A DNA stretch of 64,000 nt from assembly GCA_017983635.1 (NCBI GenBank), contig JAGOBA010000006.1, positions 60,478-124,477 on the forward strand, written 5' to 3'. Origin of the DNA: Alphaproteobacteria bacterium. GTDB lineage: Bacteria > Pseudomonadota > Alphaproteobacteria > Micropepsales > Micropepsaceae. Below are positions 42,126 to 51,531 of this stretch, in pieces (the stretch's first letter is position 1; each line of letters begins with the position of its first letter). Made by a program: the position numbers and the translations under genes. The notes beneath the pieces were generated by a model, which saw only the letters and a list, made by a program, of their open reading frames with translations, was not told the origin of the DNA and made no database searches.

Positions 42126-43532
42126 CTACTTCGGGCCCAGCATGTCTTCCGGCCTAACGATGCGGTCGAATTCTTCGCCGGTGATGAGGCCCATTTTTAG
42201 GGCTTCTTCGCGCAGTGTTGTTCCGTTCTTGTGCGCGGTCTTGGCGATTTTGGCGGCGTTGTCGTAGCCGACTTTCGGGGCGAGGGCGGTCACCAGCATC
42301 AGCGAGCGGCGCATGAGTTCGTCGATATGTTTCTTGTTCGCCTCGATGCCGGCGACGCAATGATCGGTGAAGCTGACGGAGGCGTCGGCGATCAGGCGCA
42401 GCGAGTGCAGCACGTTGTGAATGATCACCGGCTTGAAGACGTTGAGCTCCATGTGGCCTTGGCTGCCCGCGACGGTGACCGCCACGTTGTTGCCCATGAC
42501 TTGGGTGCAGGCCATGGTCAGTGCTTCGGCTTGGGTCGGGTTCACCTTGCCCGGCATGATGGACGAGCCCGGCTCGTTTTCCGGCAGGATCAGTTCGCCG
42601 AGGCCGGAGCGCGGGCCTGAGCCCAACAAGCGGATGTCGTTGGCGATCTTGAACAACGAAGCGGCCAGCGTGTTCAGCACGCCCGAGAATTCGACCATCG
42701 CGTCGTGGGCAGCGAGCGCCTCGAACTTGTTCTGCGCAGTAACGAAGGGGTAGCCGGTGATCTTCGACACTTCGTCGGCGAAGCGTTCGGCGAAGCCGGG
42801 CAGTGCGTTCAGACCGGTACCGACCGCTGTGCCGCCTTGGGCGAGCGGGTAAAGGCGGGGGAGCGACGATACCACGCGCTCGATGCCCAGTTCGAGCTGG
42901 CGCGCGTAGCCTGAGAATTCTTGGCCGAGCGTGATCGGCGTCGCGTCTTGCAGATGCGTGCGGCCGATCTTGATGATCGCTTGGAAATCGTGCGCCTTCG
43001 AGAGCAGCGACGCGTGCAGGCGGCGCAGGCCCGGCATCAAGCGGCGGTGGATCTCCAGCACGGTTGCGATGTGCATCGCGGTCGGGAAGCTGTCGTTCGA
43101 GGATTGGCCGCGGTTGACGTGATCGTTCGGGTGGACGGGCTTCTTCGAGCCCATCTCGCCGCCCAGCATTTCGATGGCGCGGTTCGAGATCACTTCGTTC
43201 ACGTTCATGTTCGTCTGCGTGCCGGAGCCGGTCTGCCAGACGACGAGCGGGAAGTGGTCGTCGAGCTTGCCTGTGATGACCTCGTCGGCGGCTTTCGCGA
43301 TCGCGTCGGCGATCTTCGGGTCGAGGTCCTTCAGCGCGACGTTCGCGATTGCGGCCGCCTTCTTGATGACGCCGAAGGCGTGGATCAAGGGCAGCGGCAT
43401 GCGTTCGCCGCTGATCTTGAAGTTCTCGAGCGAGCGTTGCGTCTGCGCGCCCCAGTACTTGTCGGTGGGAACGGCGACGGGGCCGAAGGTGTCGGTTTCG
43501 GTGCGGGTGGCGGTCATGGCGGTGGGGTTCAC
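42126..43532 (-). CDS. fumC: class II fumarate hydratase
   Basis: Signature [13 protein letters not shown] plus conserved N-terminal [20 protein letters not shown]. Confidence 0.97.
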   Translation of the reverse strand: MNPTAMTATRTETDTFGPVAVPTDKYWGAQTQRSLENFKISGERMPLPLIHAFGVIKKAAAIANVALKDLDPKIADAIAKAADEVITGKLDDHFPLVVWQTGSGTQTNMNVNEVISNRAIEMLGGEMGSKKPVHPNDHVNRGQSSNDSFPTAMHIATVLEIHRRLMPGLRRLHASLLSKAHDFQAIIKIGRTHLQDATPITLGQEFSGYARQLELGIERVVSSLPRLYPLAQGGTAVGTGLNALPGFAERFADEVSKITGYPFVTAQNKFEALAAHDAMVEFSGVLNTLAASLFKIANDIRLLGSGPRSGLGELILPENEPGSSIMPGKVNPTQAEALTMACTQVMGNNVAVTVAGSQGHMELNVFKPVIIHNVLHSLRLIADASVSFTDHCVAGIEANKKHIDELMRRSLMLVTALAPKVGYDNAAKIAKTAHKNGTTLREEALKMGLITGEEFDRIVRPEDMLGPK

Positions 43533-44029
43533 TTCTTGCGGAACTTGTCGAGGCTGACGACCTCGCCCGGTTCGGGTTTCTTGGGTGGTTCGGAGGGCGG
43601 CGCGGGCGGCTCGGGTTTTTGATCTGCGACCGGCGGTTTGGCGGGGGCGGGGAGGCCGGGCTTGGCGGCCGGCATTTGGGCGCGGAAGCCGAGTTCGAAT
43701 TTCTGTGACGGGTCGTCGAAGAAGAGGACTGCGGTGAAGGGGATCACAAGCGTGGCCGGGAGCTTGTTGAAGCTCAGCGTGACCTCGAACCTGTCTTCCT
43801 CAACCCGCAGGTTCGCGTATTGGTGCTGGAGGACGATTTTCATCGCCTCCGGGTATTGCTCGCGCAGAAAGTCGGGCATTTCGACGCCCGGCGCCTGGGT
43901 CGCGAAGGCGATGTTGAAGTGATGCGAGCCCATCACGCCGCCCTTGGCTGCGTGTTTGAGGGCGTCGCGCACGACGCCGCGGAGCGCTTTGTCCACGAGC
44001 GCCTGATAGCCGATGAAATCTTTCGACAT
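43529..44029 (-). CDS. sspB: ClpXP adaptor SspB (alphaproteobacterial type)
   Basis: 166 aa with an SspB core ([37 protein letters not shown]), a Pro-rich linker and a C-terminal ClpX-binding-like tail ([10 protein letters not shown]). Only the 3' 501 nt of the tracked 537-aa ORF is used. Its stop overlaps the fumC start. Confidence 0.82.
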   Translation of the reverse strand: MSKDFIGYQALVDKALRGVVRDALKHAAKGGVMGSHHFNIAFATQAPGVEMPDFLREQYPEAMKIVLQHQYANLRVEEDRFEVTLSFNKLPATLVIPFTAVLFFDDPSQKFELGFRAQMPAAKPGLPAPAKPPVADQKPEPPAPPSEPPKKPEPGEVVSLDKFRKK

Positions 44030-44135
44030 GGGACACGGTTTAGCGCCGCGGTCGGTGGCTCGCAAGGCTTGGATTTGCGCCCTTTCTGTTCCCAGCGGTA
44101 GATGTCGCTTGATTATATTCCGCGGCATGCTATTT

Positions 44136-44151
44136 ATATTCCATGGAATAT
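44136..44151. promoter_or_regulatory. perfect 16-bp palindrome ATATTCCATGGAATAT, candidate operator
   Basis: A third ATATTCC half-site lies at 44115-44121. The palindrome sits in the sspB / membrane-protein divergent region, immediately upstream of the SD GGAGAG and ATG 44162. Confidence 0.5.
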
Positions 44152-44161
44152 GGAGAGCAAG

Positions 44162-44941
44162 ATGGACCGCAGGCATGAATATGGCGTGACGTTTGCGCTG
44201 ACCGTGGTGCACGTGGCGCTGCTGTCGGTCGGGTTTTTGATCCTTGCGGATCAGTTTTCGTTCCCCGAGATCTTGCGGGTGAGTTCCCAGGAGCGCTTGG
44301 CGCTGTTCAGCCAGAACCAGGGCTTGATCGTGCCCGCGTATTACATGATGGGGATGTCGGGACTGACGCAGATCGCGCTGGCGGTGATGTTCCATCAGAG
44401 CTTTTCGCGGGCCGGGAGCACCGTACTCGTCGCAGCGCTGGTGGCCGGTGTGCTGGCGGGCGCTTTTCAGATGATGGGCTTCATGCGCTGGCCGATTGCG
44501 GTGCCGTATTTGGCCGAGCAGATGGCGTCGGCGCCGACGCCGGAGATGCGCAACATCGTGGGTCTGCTGGAGGGTCTGCTCAATCGCTATGCCGGCATGG
44601 TCGTGGGCGAGCACTTGGGTTTTTTGGGGCAGGGGATTTGGACGTTCCTGATCGGCATCGCGATGCTGCGCGGTCCGTTGTTCGCGTTTCCCTATGGTTT
44701 GATCGGGATGGTGCTTGGCGTTGCGATCGGCGTCAGCTCGCTCGAGCAACTTGGCGGGCCGTTCGAGGCGATCGGGATGTTGTCGGCGCCTGCGTCGGCG
44801 GCGTGGCTTGGTTGGTTGTTGATGTGCGGGGTCTCGCTGTTGCGCACGCGCGCCGACGGCGTGGGGCCGAAGTTCTTTCTGTTCTCGGCACTCGGCATGG
44901 TCATCGTCATGGGCGCGCTCGTCGCGCCGGCAATGGGTTAG
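44162..44941 (+). CDS. polytopic membrane protein, function unknown
   Basis: About 7 hydrophobic segments. SD GGAGAG lies 4 nt before ATG 44162; ATG 44150 is an alternative start. First gene of a same-strand trio with the Tat-nitroreductase and MarR genes. Confidence 0.65.
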   Translation: MDRRHEYGVTFALTVVHVALLSVGFLILADQFSFPEILRVSSQERLALFSQNQGLIVPAYYMMGMSGLTQIALAVMFHQSFSRAGSTVLVAALVAGVLAGAFQMMGFMRWPIAVPYLAEQMASAPTPEMRNIVGLLEGLLNRYAGMVVGEHLGFLGQGIWTFLIGIAMLRGPLFAFPYGLIGMVLGVAIGVSSLEQLGGPFEAIGMLSAPASAAWLGWLLMCGVSLLRTRADGVGPKFFLFSALGMVIVMGALVAPAMG

Positions 44942-44950
44942 GAGGTTCAC

Positions 44951-46096
44951 ATGGCTACGCGCAGAGCATTTCTTCGAATTGCAGGAACGTCGGCCGTCGT
45001 GTTGGCGGCGGGTGCGGTGGGGTTGACCCAATGCGACCCGATGCCGGAAGCGGCGGTCGAGGCGTGGAAGGGGCCGCTGCCGTCGGCGCGCGATCCACGG
45101 GTGCGGGCGTTGTCGTTCGCGCTGCTCGCACCCAATCCGCACAACAAGCAGCCGTGGATCGTCGATCTGCGCGAGCCCGGCGCGATCACGTTCATCTGCG
45201 ATCGCTCGCGGTTGCTGCCGCAGACCGATCCATACTCGCGGCAGATCACGATCGGCTGCGGTGCGTTCTTGGAGTTGCTGCGAATGGCGGCGGCGGAGCA
45301 GGGCTTTCGCGCGGAGATCACGGCGTTCCCGGCCGGCGATTGGCCCGATAACGCCGTCGGCGAGCTACCGGTGTGTCGTGTGGCGTTCGAGCCCGATGCG
45401 GGTGTTGCGCGCGATCCTCTGTTCGCGCAGGTGTTGAAGCGGCGGACGAATCGTAATGTCTTCGACGCGACCGCGGTGACGCAAGCGGAGGCCGATGCCA
45501 TTGGCGCGTCGCTCAATGGGTTGCCGGTGCGCTTCGGCTGGGCGAGCGACGGGCGGCAGATCGCGCAGTTGGCGCAGATTGCGAAGCGGGCTTGGGACAT
45601 CGAGGTCAAGAAGGACGCCACGTTCAAGGAAAGCGTCGATGTGTTCCGCATTACGGGGGAGGAGATCGCGAAGCATCGCGATGGCATTTCGATGCATGGA
45701 CCGTTTTTCTGGTGGGCGAACAAGCTCGGCATCTTCACGCAGCAGAATGCGATGGAGCCGACCGGGCGGTCTCAGGCACTGACGCTGATCGATCCGCAGC
45801 TTGCCGTGCGTGCGTTCGGTTGGATCGTGACGGCGACGAACGACCGGCGGGCGCAACTCGCGGCGGGTGCGGCCTATGTGCGGGCGAACTTGCAGGCGAC
45901 GGCGCGTGGCCTCGCGATGCATCCGCTTAGCCAGGCGTTGCAGGAGTTTCCGGAGATGCTGCCGGTGCTGGCCGAGCACAAACGCGCGCTCGGGCTGCCG
46001 GAGAGCGACACGGTGCAGATGTTCTTCCGGATGGGGCACGCCGCGCCGGCGGAACCTGCGCCGCGGCGGCCTCTTGACGCCATCATTCGGGCGTGA
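44951..46096 (+). CDS. Tat-exported nitroreductase-fold (Acg-like) protein
   Basis: Twin-arginine leader MATRRAFLRIAGTSAVVLAAG, tandem nitroreductase-like halves (NPHNKQPW, LKRRTNR). Confidence 0.7.
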   Translation: MATRRAFLRIAGTSAVVLAAGAVGLTQCDPMPEAAVEAWKGPLPSARDPRVRALSFALLAPNPHNKQPWIVDLREPGAITFICDRSRLLPQTDPYSRQITIGCGAFLELLRMAAAEQGFRAEITAFPAGDWPDNAVGELPVCRVAFEPDAGVARDPLFAQVLKRRTNRNVFDATAVTQAEADAIGASLNGLPVRFGWASDGRQIAQLAQIAKRAWDIEVKKDATFKESVDVFRITGEEIAKHRDGISMHGPFFWWANKLGIFTQQNAMEPTGRSQALTLIDPQLAVRAFGWIVTATNDRRAQLAAGAAYVRANLQATARGLAMHPLSQALQEFPEMLPVLAEHKRALGLPESDTVQMFFRMGHAAPAEPAPRRPLDAIIRA

Positions 46097-46109
46097 CGAA
46101 GACTGAGGC

Positions 46110-46574
46110 ATGGCACGTCCGACTGAGAATCAAGCCGCCCTGGGTTGGCGCATCTTCAACTGGATCGGCATCATCAATCAGCTGTCCACGGCGCGCGCGT
46201 CGCGGACGCTGGCGGAACTGAAGCTGCCCTTTCCGCAGTTCGTCATGCTCAATCACTTCAGCCACCGGCCGCATGAGGCGAAGACGGTGACGTCGGTGGC
46301 GTCCGCGTTGCAGCAACCGCAACCGGGGATTACGAAGACGGTGCAGAAACTGGTCGCGCGCAAATTTCTGAGAGCCGACCCGGCGCCGGGCGATGCGCGC
46401 TCGAAGCTGCTCATGATCACGCCGAAGGGACTTGAGATTCAAGCGCGAGCCATCGCCGCCTTCGTGCCGCAGTTCGCAGAGGTCTATACCGGCTGGGAGG
46501 AGGCCGAGATGGCCGACCTATTCGCCAAGCTCGACCGGCTCAAGGTGTGGCTGGATACGAAGGGGCGGGAGTAG
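46110..46574 (+). CDS. MarR-family transcriptional regulator
   Basis: 154 aa with a winged-HTH pattern (GITKTVQKLVARKFLRADPAPGDARSKLLMITPKG). Confidence 0.85.
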   Translation: MARPTENQAALGWRIFNWIGIINQLSTARASRTLAELKLPFPQFVMLNHFSHRPHEAKTVTSVASALQQPQPGITKTVQKLVARKFLRADPAPGDARSKLLMITPKGLEIQARAIAAFVPQFAEVYTGWEEAEMADLFAKLDRLKVWLDTKGRE

Positions 46575-46577
46575 GGC

Positions 46578-47099
46578 CTACACGTAAGCCGCGGCGAAGC
46601 GCCACCAGATGACGCCGAGGGTGATGCAGCCCATCAGGTAAGTGACGAGGCGTAGGGGGACGAAGTTGAGGCCGATATAGACCGCTGCGTGGAGCGCGCG
46701 GAGGGCGACGAAGAACCAAGCGAGGGCGACTTGCGTGCCGTCCCAGGTGCCGGTTTGCAGCATCAGCGTACACACGACATAGAACAGTATCGGCACTTCA
46801 AGCAGGTTCATGAAGGTGCGCGCCGGGCGCTCGACCCACTCGGGCGGGGCGTTGTCGGCGTAGGCGCGGTAGTATCCGATCGAGGCGACGCCGCGGGCGA
46901 CGGCGAGGTTGCGATAGACGAACATCAGCAGCCACACGAAAGCGGTTAGCGCGAAGAGCGCTAGGATCGGCTGGATGAGCAGGCGTGGGGATTGTTCCGT
47001 CAGAGCCGGTGCTGTTGTCATTACGAACCACAGCACGGCCAGATAAGCGGCGAGCAGCGCTGCGATGAGTGCGTATTGGTGGAGCGGTGGTCGGGTCAT
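46578..47099 (-). CDS. MAPEG-family membrane protein
   Basis: 173 aa with 4 TM helices and a NLLEVPILFY-type motif. Only the 3' part of the tracked 365-aa ORF is used, starting at MTRPPLHQY. Confidence 0.65.
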   Translation of the reverse strand: MTRPPLHQYALIAALLAAYLAVLWFVMTTAPALTEQSPRLLIQPILALFALTAFVWLLMFVYRNLAVARGVASIGYYRAYADNAPPEWVERPARTFMNLLEVPILFYVVCTLMLQTGTWDGTQVALAWFFVALRALHAAVYIGLNFVPLRLVTYLMGCITLGVIWWRFAAAYV

Positions 47100-47791
47100 G
47101 GTGGGCTCGCTTTTGGTTTGTTGAGACGCGCTGCAAAGTCGCCGATGAGGTTGGCGAGTCTTGCGGGTGCATCGCGGGCAACGAGGTGGCTTGCTTCGGG
47201 GACGATTTCGATGACGGCGTGTGCGGCCAGTGTTCGGATCTGTACGCGGCCTTCTTCTCCCAGTGGCGAGCGTGCGCCCGCGGAGACGTACAGAATCGGG
47301 AGCTTCAGCGCGCGGACGATTTGTGCCATACGTTCCGTTTGCCCGAGAATGTTCTCCACCAAAGGCGATGCTGCCAGGCCACGTGGTGACAAATAGGTTC
47401 GGGCGCGCTCGGGGTCTGGGGTAGGCGTCACGTCGACCAGTACCAGGCCGGACACCTGCTGTTCTAGTGTCTCCAGCGCGACCATCAGGGCAAAGCCCCC
47501 GAGAGATGCGCCGACGACGAGGGGGCGCGACATCAATCCGATCATCGCCTTCGTGTCTTCGCCGTACGCCCCAAGGCCGTCCGATGTCGAGCCGCCGCTT
47601 TCGCCATGTCCGCGCTGATCGAAGGCGTAGCTTTGGAAGCCGCGCGACGCCAGAGCGTCCATCACGGGGCGCCAAACTGCACGTGTTTCACCGCCAGCAT
47701 GGAGCAGAAGGATATGGTTCCCATTTCCCGCGCGCTCACCAACGAGCAACGCGTCCGGACGCTTGAGGGTCAGTTGGTCGAGCACGGGCAT
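47096..47791 (-). CDS. alpha/beta-fold hydrolase
   Basis: HILLLHAGGETR oxyanion region, GASLGG nucleophile elbow, and a 4-nt overlap with the MAPEG gene. Confidence 0.8.
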   Translation of the reverse strand: MPVLDQLTLKRPDALLVGERAGNGNHILLLHAGGETRAVWRPVMDALASRGFQSYAFDQRGHGESGGSTSDGLGAYGEDTKAMIGLMSRPLVVGASLGGFALMVALETLEQQVSGLVLVDVTPTPDPERARTYLSPRGLAASPLVENILGQTERMAQIVRALKLPILYVSAGARSPLGEEGRVQIRTLAAHAVIEIVPEASHLVARDAPARLANLIGDFAARLNKPKASPP

Positions 47792-47800
47792 TGGCGAGCC

Positions 47801-48901
47801 TCAGTGCAACACAGGTAGCGCTTCCAGCGAGAACGGCTTCAGTTCTTCGATGCGGCCGGCTTTGACCATGTCGGGCCAGTTCGGGTTGACGATGAGGGCT
47901 CTCCCGACGGCGACGAGGTCGAAGTCGCCGCGGTCGAACATTTCGATGAGGCGGTCGAGCGAGGCGGGGCCGGCGGACTGGCCTTGGTAGGTGGCGATGA
48001 ATTCCTGGTTGAGCCCGACGGAGCCGACGGTGATCGAGGGCAGGCCCGTGATTTTCTTCACCCAGCCGGCCAAATTGAGGTCCGAGCCTTCGAATTCGGG
48101 TTCCCAGAATCTTCGCGTTGAATTGTGGAAGCAGTCGACGCCGGCTTTGACCAGGGGATCGAGAAACTTCTCCAGCGCTTGCGGCGTTGGGGCGAGGCGG
48201 ACGGCGTAGTCCTGCTGCTTCCACTGCGACCAGCGCAGGATGACGGGGAAGTCTCTGCTGACGGCGCCGCGCACGGCGCGGACGACGTCGGCGGCAAACT
48301 TCGTGCGTTTGATCATGTCGCCGCCGAACGCGTCGTCGCGCACGTTCGTGCCGTCCCAAAAGAACTGATCGATGAGATAGCCGTGTGCGCCGTGAATCTC
48401 GACGCCATCGAAGCCGAGTTCTTCGGCGTGGCGGGCGCTGGTGGCGTAGCCTGCGATCGCTTCGTCGATGTCTTTCGTTGACATCGGCTCAGTCACCTTC
48501 TTGCCCGGCTTGGCGAGGCCGGAGGGGCCGACGCCGGTCAAGTGCGGGTTCGGGCCGGAGCCCGGCTTGCGCATCAATCCCGTGTGCCAGAGTTGCGGCA
48601 TGATATGACCGCCGTGCTGCTTCACCGCCTTGAGGACCTTCTTCCAGCCGTCGAGCGCTTGCCCATGAAAGTTAGGCACGTTGTGATCGTTGAGCGCGAC
48701 GGGATGATCGGGTGCCACGCCTTCGGTGATGATCAGGCCTACGCCACCGGCAGCGCGGCGCGCGTAATAGGCGGCGACGTCTTCGCCGGGAATTTGGTTC
48801 GGGCTCTTTGAGCGCGTCATCGGCGCCATGACGATGCGGTTGGGGAGCGTGAGGTTCTTCAACTTGTAGGGCGTGAATAGCGATTTCGGTGACAGAGACA
48901 T
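47801..48901 (-). CDS. NADH:flavin oxidoreductase (Old Yellow Enzyme family)
   Basis: LFTPYKLKNLTLPNRIVMAPMTR N-terminus and GFDGVEIHGAHGYLIDQF. Start at ATG 48901. Confidence 0.88.
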   Translation of the reverse strand: MSLSPKSLFTPYKLKNLTLPNRIVMAPMTRSKSPNQIPGEDVAAYYARRAAGGVGLIITEGVAPDHPVALNDHNVPNFHGQALDGWKKVLKAVKQHGGHIMPQLWHTGLMRKPGSGPNPHLTGVGPSGLAKPGKKVTEPMSTKDIDEAIAGYATSARHAEELGFDGVEIHGAHGYLIDQFFWDGTNVRDDAFGGDMIKRTKFAADVVRAVRGAVSRDFPVILRWSQWKQQDYAVRLAPTPQALEKFLDPLVKAGVDCFHNSTRRFWEPEFEGSDLNLAGWVKKITGLPSITVGSVGLNQEFIATYQGQSAGPASLDRLIEMFDRGDFDLVAVGRALIVNPNWPDMVKAGRIEELKPFSLEALPVLH

Positions 48902-49063
48902 TGAGCGGACCTGTGAGTGGCGACAGACGTTAATGCGCGATGCGTGCGGTGGAATCAATACGCGGTGTATCGCCGAATGCAATCGTGCGTGTTAGTTTCC
49001 GGCGCGTTCCCGTGCCGATTGGGGCGGGCGCATCCCCCCGAGGCTAGTTGAGGGCTCAGACAC

Positions 49064-49477
49064 ATGTTGAATGAATTCAAAGAATTCGCATTGAAAGGCA
49101 ATGTCGTCGATCTCGCGATCGGCGTCATCATCGGCGCGGCGTTCGGCAAGATCGTCGACTCCATGGTCGGCGATATGATCATGCCGTTGATCGGCGCGCT
49201 CGGCAGCGTCGACTTTTCCAACTATTTCGTCGGTTTGAACGAGGGCGTCACGGCGACGGTTCTCGACGAGGCGAAAAAGCAGGGCGCGGTGCTTGCCTGG
49301 GGCAAGTTCGTGACCGTCATTATCAACTTCGCGATAATCGCGTTCGTGTTGTTCTTGGTGATCAAGGGCATCAATAAGCTGAAGCGTCAGCCGCAGCCGG
49401 CGCCGGCTGTACCGGCAGAGCCGCCCGCAGACGTGAAGCTATTGGCTGAGATTCGCGATCTGCTGGCGAAGCGCTAG
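49064..49477 (+). CDS. mscL: large-conductance mechanosensitive channel
   Basis: [31 protein letters not shown] hallmark N-terminus. Confidence 0.96.
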   Translation: MLNEFKEFALKGNVVDLAIGVIIGAAFGKIVDSMVGDMIMPLIGALGSVDFSNYFVGLNEGVTATVLDEAKKQGAVLAWGKFVTVIINFAIIAFVLFLVIKGINKLKRQPQPAPAVPAEPPADVKLLAEIRDLLAKR

Positions 49478-49492
49478 CGTTCGAGAAAATTC

Positions 49493-49521
49493 AACGCCGG
49501 GGCGATCGCAGCCCCGGCGTT
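49493..49521. terminator. hairpin between convergent mscL and the DUF465 gene
   Basis: AACGCCGGGGC / GCCCCGGCGTT stem with a 7-nt loop. No clear U-tract on either strand. Confidence 0.4.
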
Positions 49522-49541
49522 CTGCGCTTGGCGACGCCCGC

Positions 49542-49736
49542 CTAAGCTCTGGCTCTCAGAGCTTCCTTTTCGTCGCCGCGCAAGATCCAATGAAGTTTGT
49601 CGCGAACTTGAAGTTTTTCCTTCTTCAGTTCCGCTAGACGTACCGCGTCCGGCAGGGGCGCGCGGTGTTCGCGCGCGATGTCTTCTTCCAGCGCGGCATG
49701 GCGGGCGCGTAGGCGCAATACGAGATAGTCGGTCAT
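49542..49736 (-). CDS. DUF465 (YdcH-like) small protein
   Basis: 64 aa; LRARHAALEEDIARE...RLAELKKEKLQVRDKL matches the coiled-coil DUF465 pattern. Confidence 0.7.
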   Translation of the reverse strand: MTDYLVLRLRARHAALEEDIAREHRAPLPDAVRLAELKKEKLQVRDKLHWILRGDEKEALRARA

Positions 49737-49912
49737 CTGTGCTCCTCTTCGGTTTTGGTCATCCGATGCGGTCCGACATCGCGATCCTGTTGGGTCGCCA
49801 GAGGGGCCCGGCCCGCATCAATTTGACTTGGGGAGGGGCTCTGTCGTTTCAACGGTAAGGGGAGTAGGGCTATTCAAGAAAGTCGCTTCGCATATGCAGC
49901 GACGAGAGCGGG

Positions 49913-51127
49913 ATGGATAAGCTGACGGAGACGGAACCGGCGCGAAGCCGCTTGATCGACGTGTTCCGTCGTCATCGGAACTACAGGCTGTTCTTCACCG
50001 GCCAAGCGATTTCGCTGGTCGGGTTTTGGATGCAGGCGATTGCACAGTCGTGGCTTGTGTATCGGATGACCGATACGCCGTTCTGGCTGGGTGTGGTCGG
50101 GTTCGCGGGGCAGATTCCGGTCCTGCTGGTTTCGCCGTTTGCGGGCGTGATTGCCGACCGGTTGAACCGGCGGCGCATTCTCTTCGTGACGCAGAGCGTG
50201 ATGATGACAAGCGCGACATTGTTCGCGGTGCTGACGCTGTCCCACGTGATCGAGGTTTGGCACGTCGTGGCGCTGGCGGCGCTCTCGGGCACGGCAAACG
50301 CTTTCGACGTCCCGACGCGGCAGTCGTTCACGATCGAGATGGTCGGCAAAGCCGATCTGCCACGCGCTATCGCGCTCAACTCCATCATGTTCAACGGGGC
50401 GCGGCTTATTGGGCCGGCGCTGGCCGGGCTCTTGGTCGCGGCGTTCGGGGAAGGATTGTGCCTTGCGCTCAACGCGGCGTCTTACCTCGCCGTGCTGACC
50501 AGCCTGTCGCTGATCCGTGTTGCGCCATTGCCGCCGCGGGCCGAAAGCCATCCGCTCGCCGATTTGCGCGATGGGTTTGTCTATGTGGCGACGCACCGGC
50601 AAATCAGGACGTTGTTGCTGCTACTCGGCGCGACGAGCTTGTTCGGTTCGGCCTATTTGACGCTCATGCCGGTGTTCGCGCGGGACATCTTGCACGGCGG
50701 ATCGGATGCGCTCGGTTTTCTGATGGCTGCGATCGGCATCGGGGCGTTGGCCGGGGCTTTGACGATTGCGCGGGTGCCGCCGGCTCTGCTCGGCCGGGTG
50801 CCGTATCTGGCGTCCGTGTGTCTGGGCGCTTCCGTCATCGCGTTTTCGCACTCGACATCGTTCGCGCTGTCGATGGTGCTGCTGGTGCCGACGGGGTTTG
50901 CGATGATGACGCTTGGAATCTCCACGAACACAATGATGCAAAGCTCGGTCGACGACGTGATGCGCGGGCGGGTGATGGCCTACTACGTGATGGCGTTTAT
51001 TGGGATGCTGCCGATCAGTTCGTTGATCACCGGCGCGATCTCGCACGACTTTGGGGCGCCGTGGACGCTGACCATCGGCGGGGTGCTGGTGATTCTTTCT
51101 GCCGGTGTCGCCTACTGGCGAAGATAG
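49913..51127 (+). CDS. MFS transporter (EntS/MFS_3-like)
   Basis: 12 predicted TM segments with an FRRHRNYRLFFTGQAISLVGFWMQ N-terminus. Confidence 0.85.
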   Translation: MDKLTETEPARSRLIDVFRRHRNYRLFFTGQAISLVGFWMQAIAQSWLVYRMTDTPFWLGVVGFAGQIPVLLVSPFAGVIADRLNRRRILFVTQSVMMTSATLFAVLTLSHVIEVWHVVALAALSGTANAFDVPTRQSFTIEMVGKADLPRAIALNSIMFNGARLIGPALAGLLVAAFGEGLCLALNAASYLAVLTSLSLIRVAPLPPRAESHPLADLRDGFVYVATHRQIRTLLLLLGATSLFGSAYLTLMPVFARDILHGGSDALGFLMAAIGIGALAGALTIARVPPALLGRVPYLASVCLGASVIAFSHSTSFALSMVLLVPTGFAMMTLGISTNTMMQSSVDDVMRGRVMAYYVMAFIGMLPISSLITGAISHDFGAPWTLTIGGVLVILSAGVAYWRR

Positions 51128-51130
51128 GTG

Positions 51131-51397
51131 GAGGGGCTTCTGTTGCCCGGCGCCCCTCCGAGCCGCGCTTACCTATTAGGCAGCGAGGGCCATTTCATTG
51201 TCGTTGGCACCTATACAGACAGCCCGATAACGGTGAGCCTTGCCGAGCAAAAGCAACGTCTTTACGCGTTCGTCGATCCTATTTCGCCCCCACAGCTGAG
51301 CAGCCAAAGCTGCGCAGGTGGTGGAGGCGCCGGGTACCGCCCCCGGGTCCGAGCCGTTTATTGCACGCGCGTTTATCGCCATAGCCGGCGAACCGGC
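51131..51397 (-). ncRNA. ssrA: two-piece (circularly permuted) tmRNA gene
   Basis: Minus strand. Acceptor piece: T-stem CCGGG/CCCGG, 7-nt loop, then CGCCUCC-ACCA (51329->51319). Then a 27-nt spacer, then the coding piece starting GGGGGCGAAAUAGGAUCGACG (51291->). Its first 7 nt pair with CGCCUCC and give a G3:U70 wobble. Tag ORF is GCC AAC GAC AAU GAA AUG GCC CUC GCU GCC UAA UAG = ANDNEMALAA (51208->51176). Outer boundaries are uncertain by about +/-30 nt. Confidence 0.88.
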
Positions 51398-51531
51398 AGC
51401 TCCTATATAGGCGCTCGGGGTAAAGAAAAGAAGGCTTTCCCTGTCGCGGTCGCTTGGGGAAACGGCGGATTTGCGCCTATGTCAACGGATGTCCCGGCCG
51501 CTACAATGCTTGCCGATTCAATGAGGGTCCG

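Noticed and set aside
44030-45142. Upstream 371 codons of the tracked 537-aa ORF 43529-45142 (-).
   Set aside because: Only the last 166 codons (from MSKDFIGY) look like a protein (SspB). The remainder is Arg/His-rich and antisense to a credible membrane-protein gene and its promoter region.
47100-47675. Upstream extension of the tracked ORF 46578-47675 (-).
   Set aside because: The extension is Arg/Pro-rich and overlaps the alpha/beta hydrolase gene in another frame. The MAPEG-like protein starts at MTRPPLHQY (47099).
49737-49912. Possible riboswitch (guanidine/ykkC-like) or Fur/Irr box upstream of the MFS transporter. Includes the hairpin GTCGCT-N10-AGCGAC at about 49883-49904.
   Set aside because: No conserved riboswitch core (ACGR loops etc.) or iron-box consensus could be matched. 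A 6-bp hairpin is not significant on its own.
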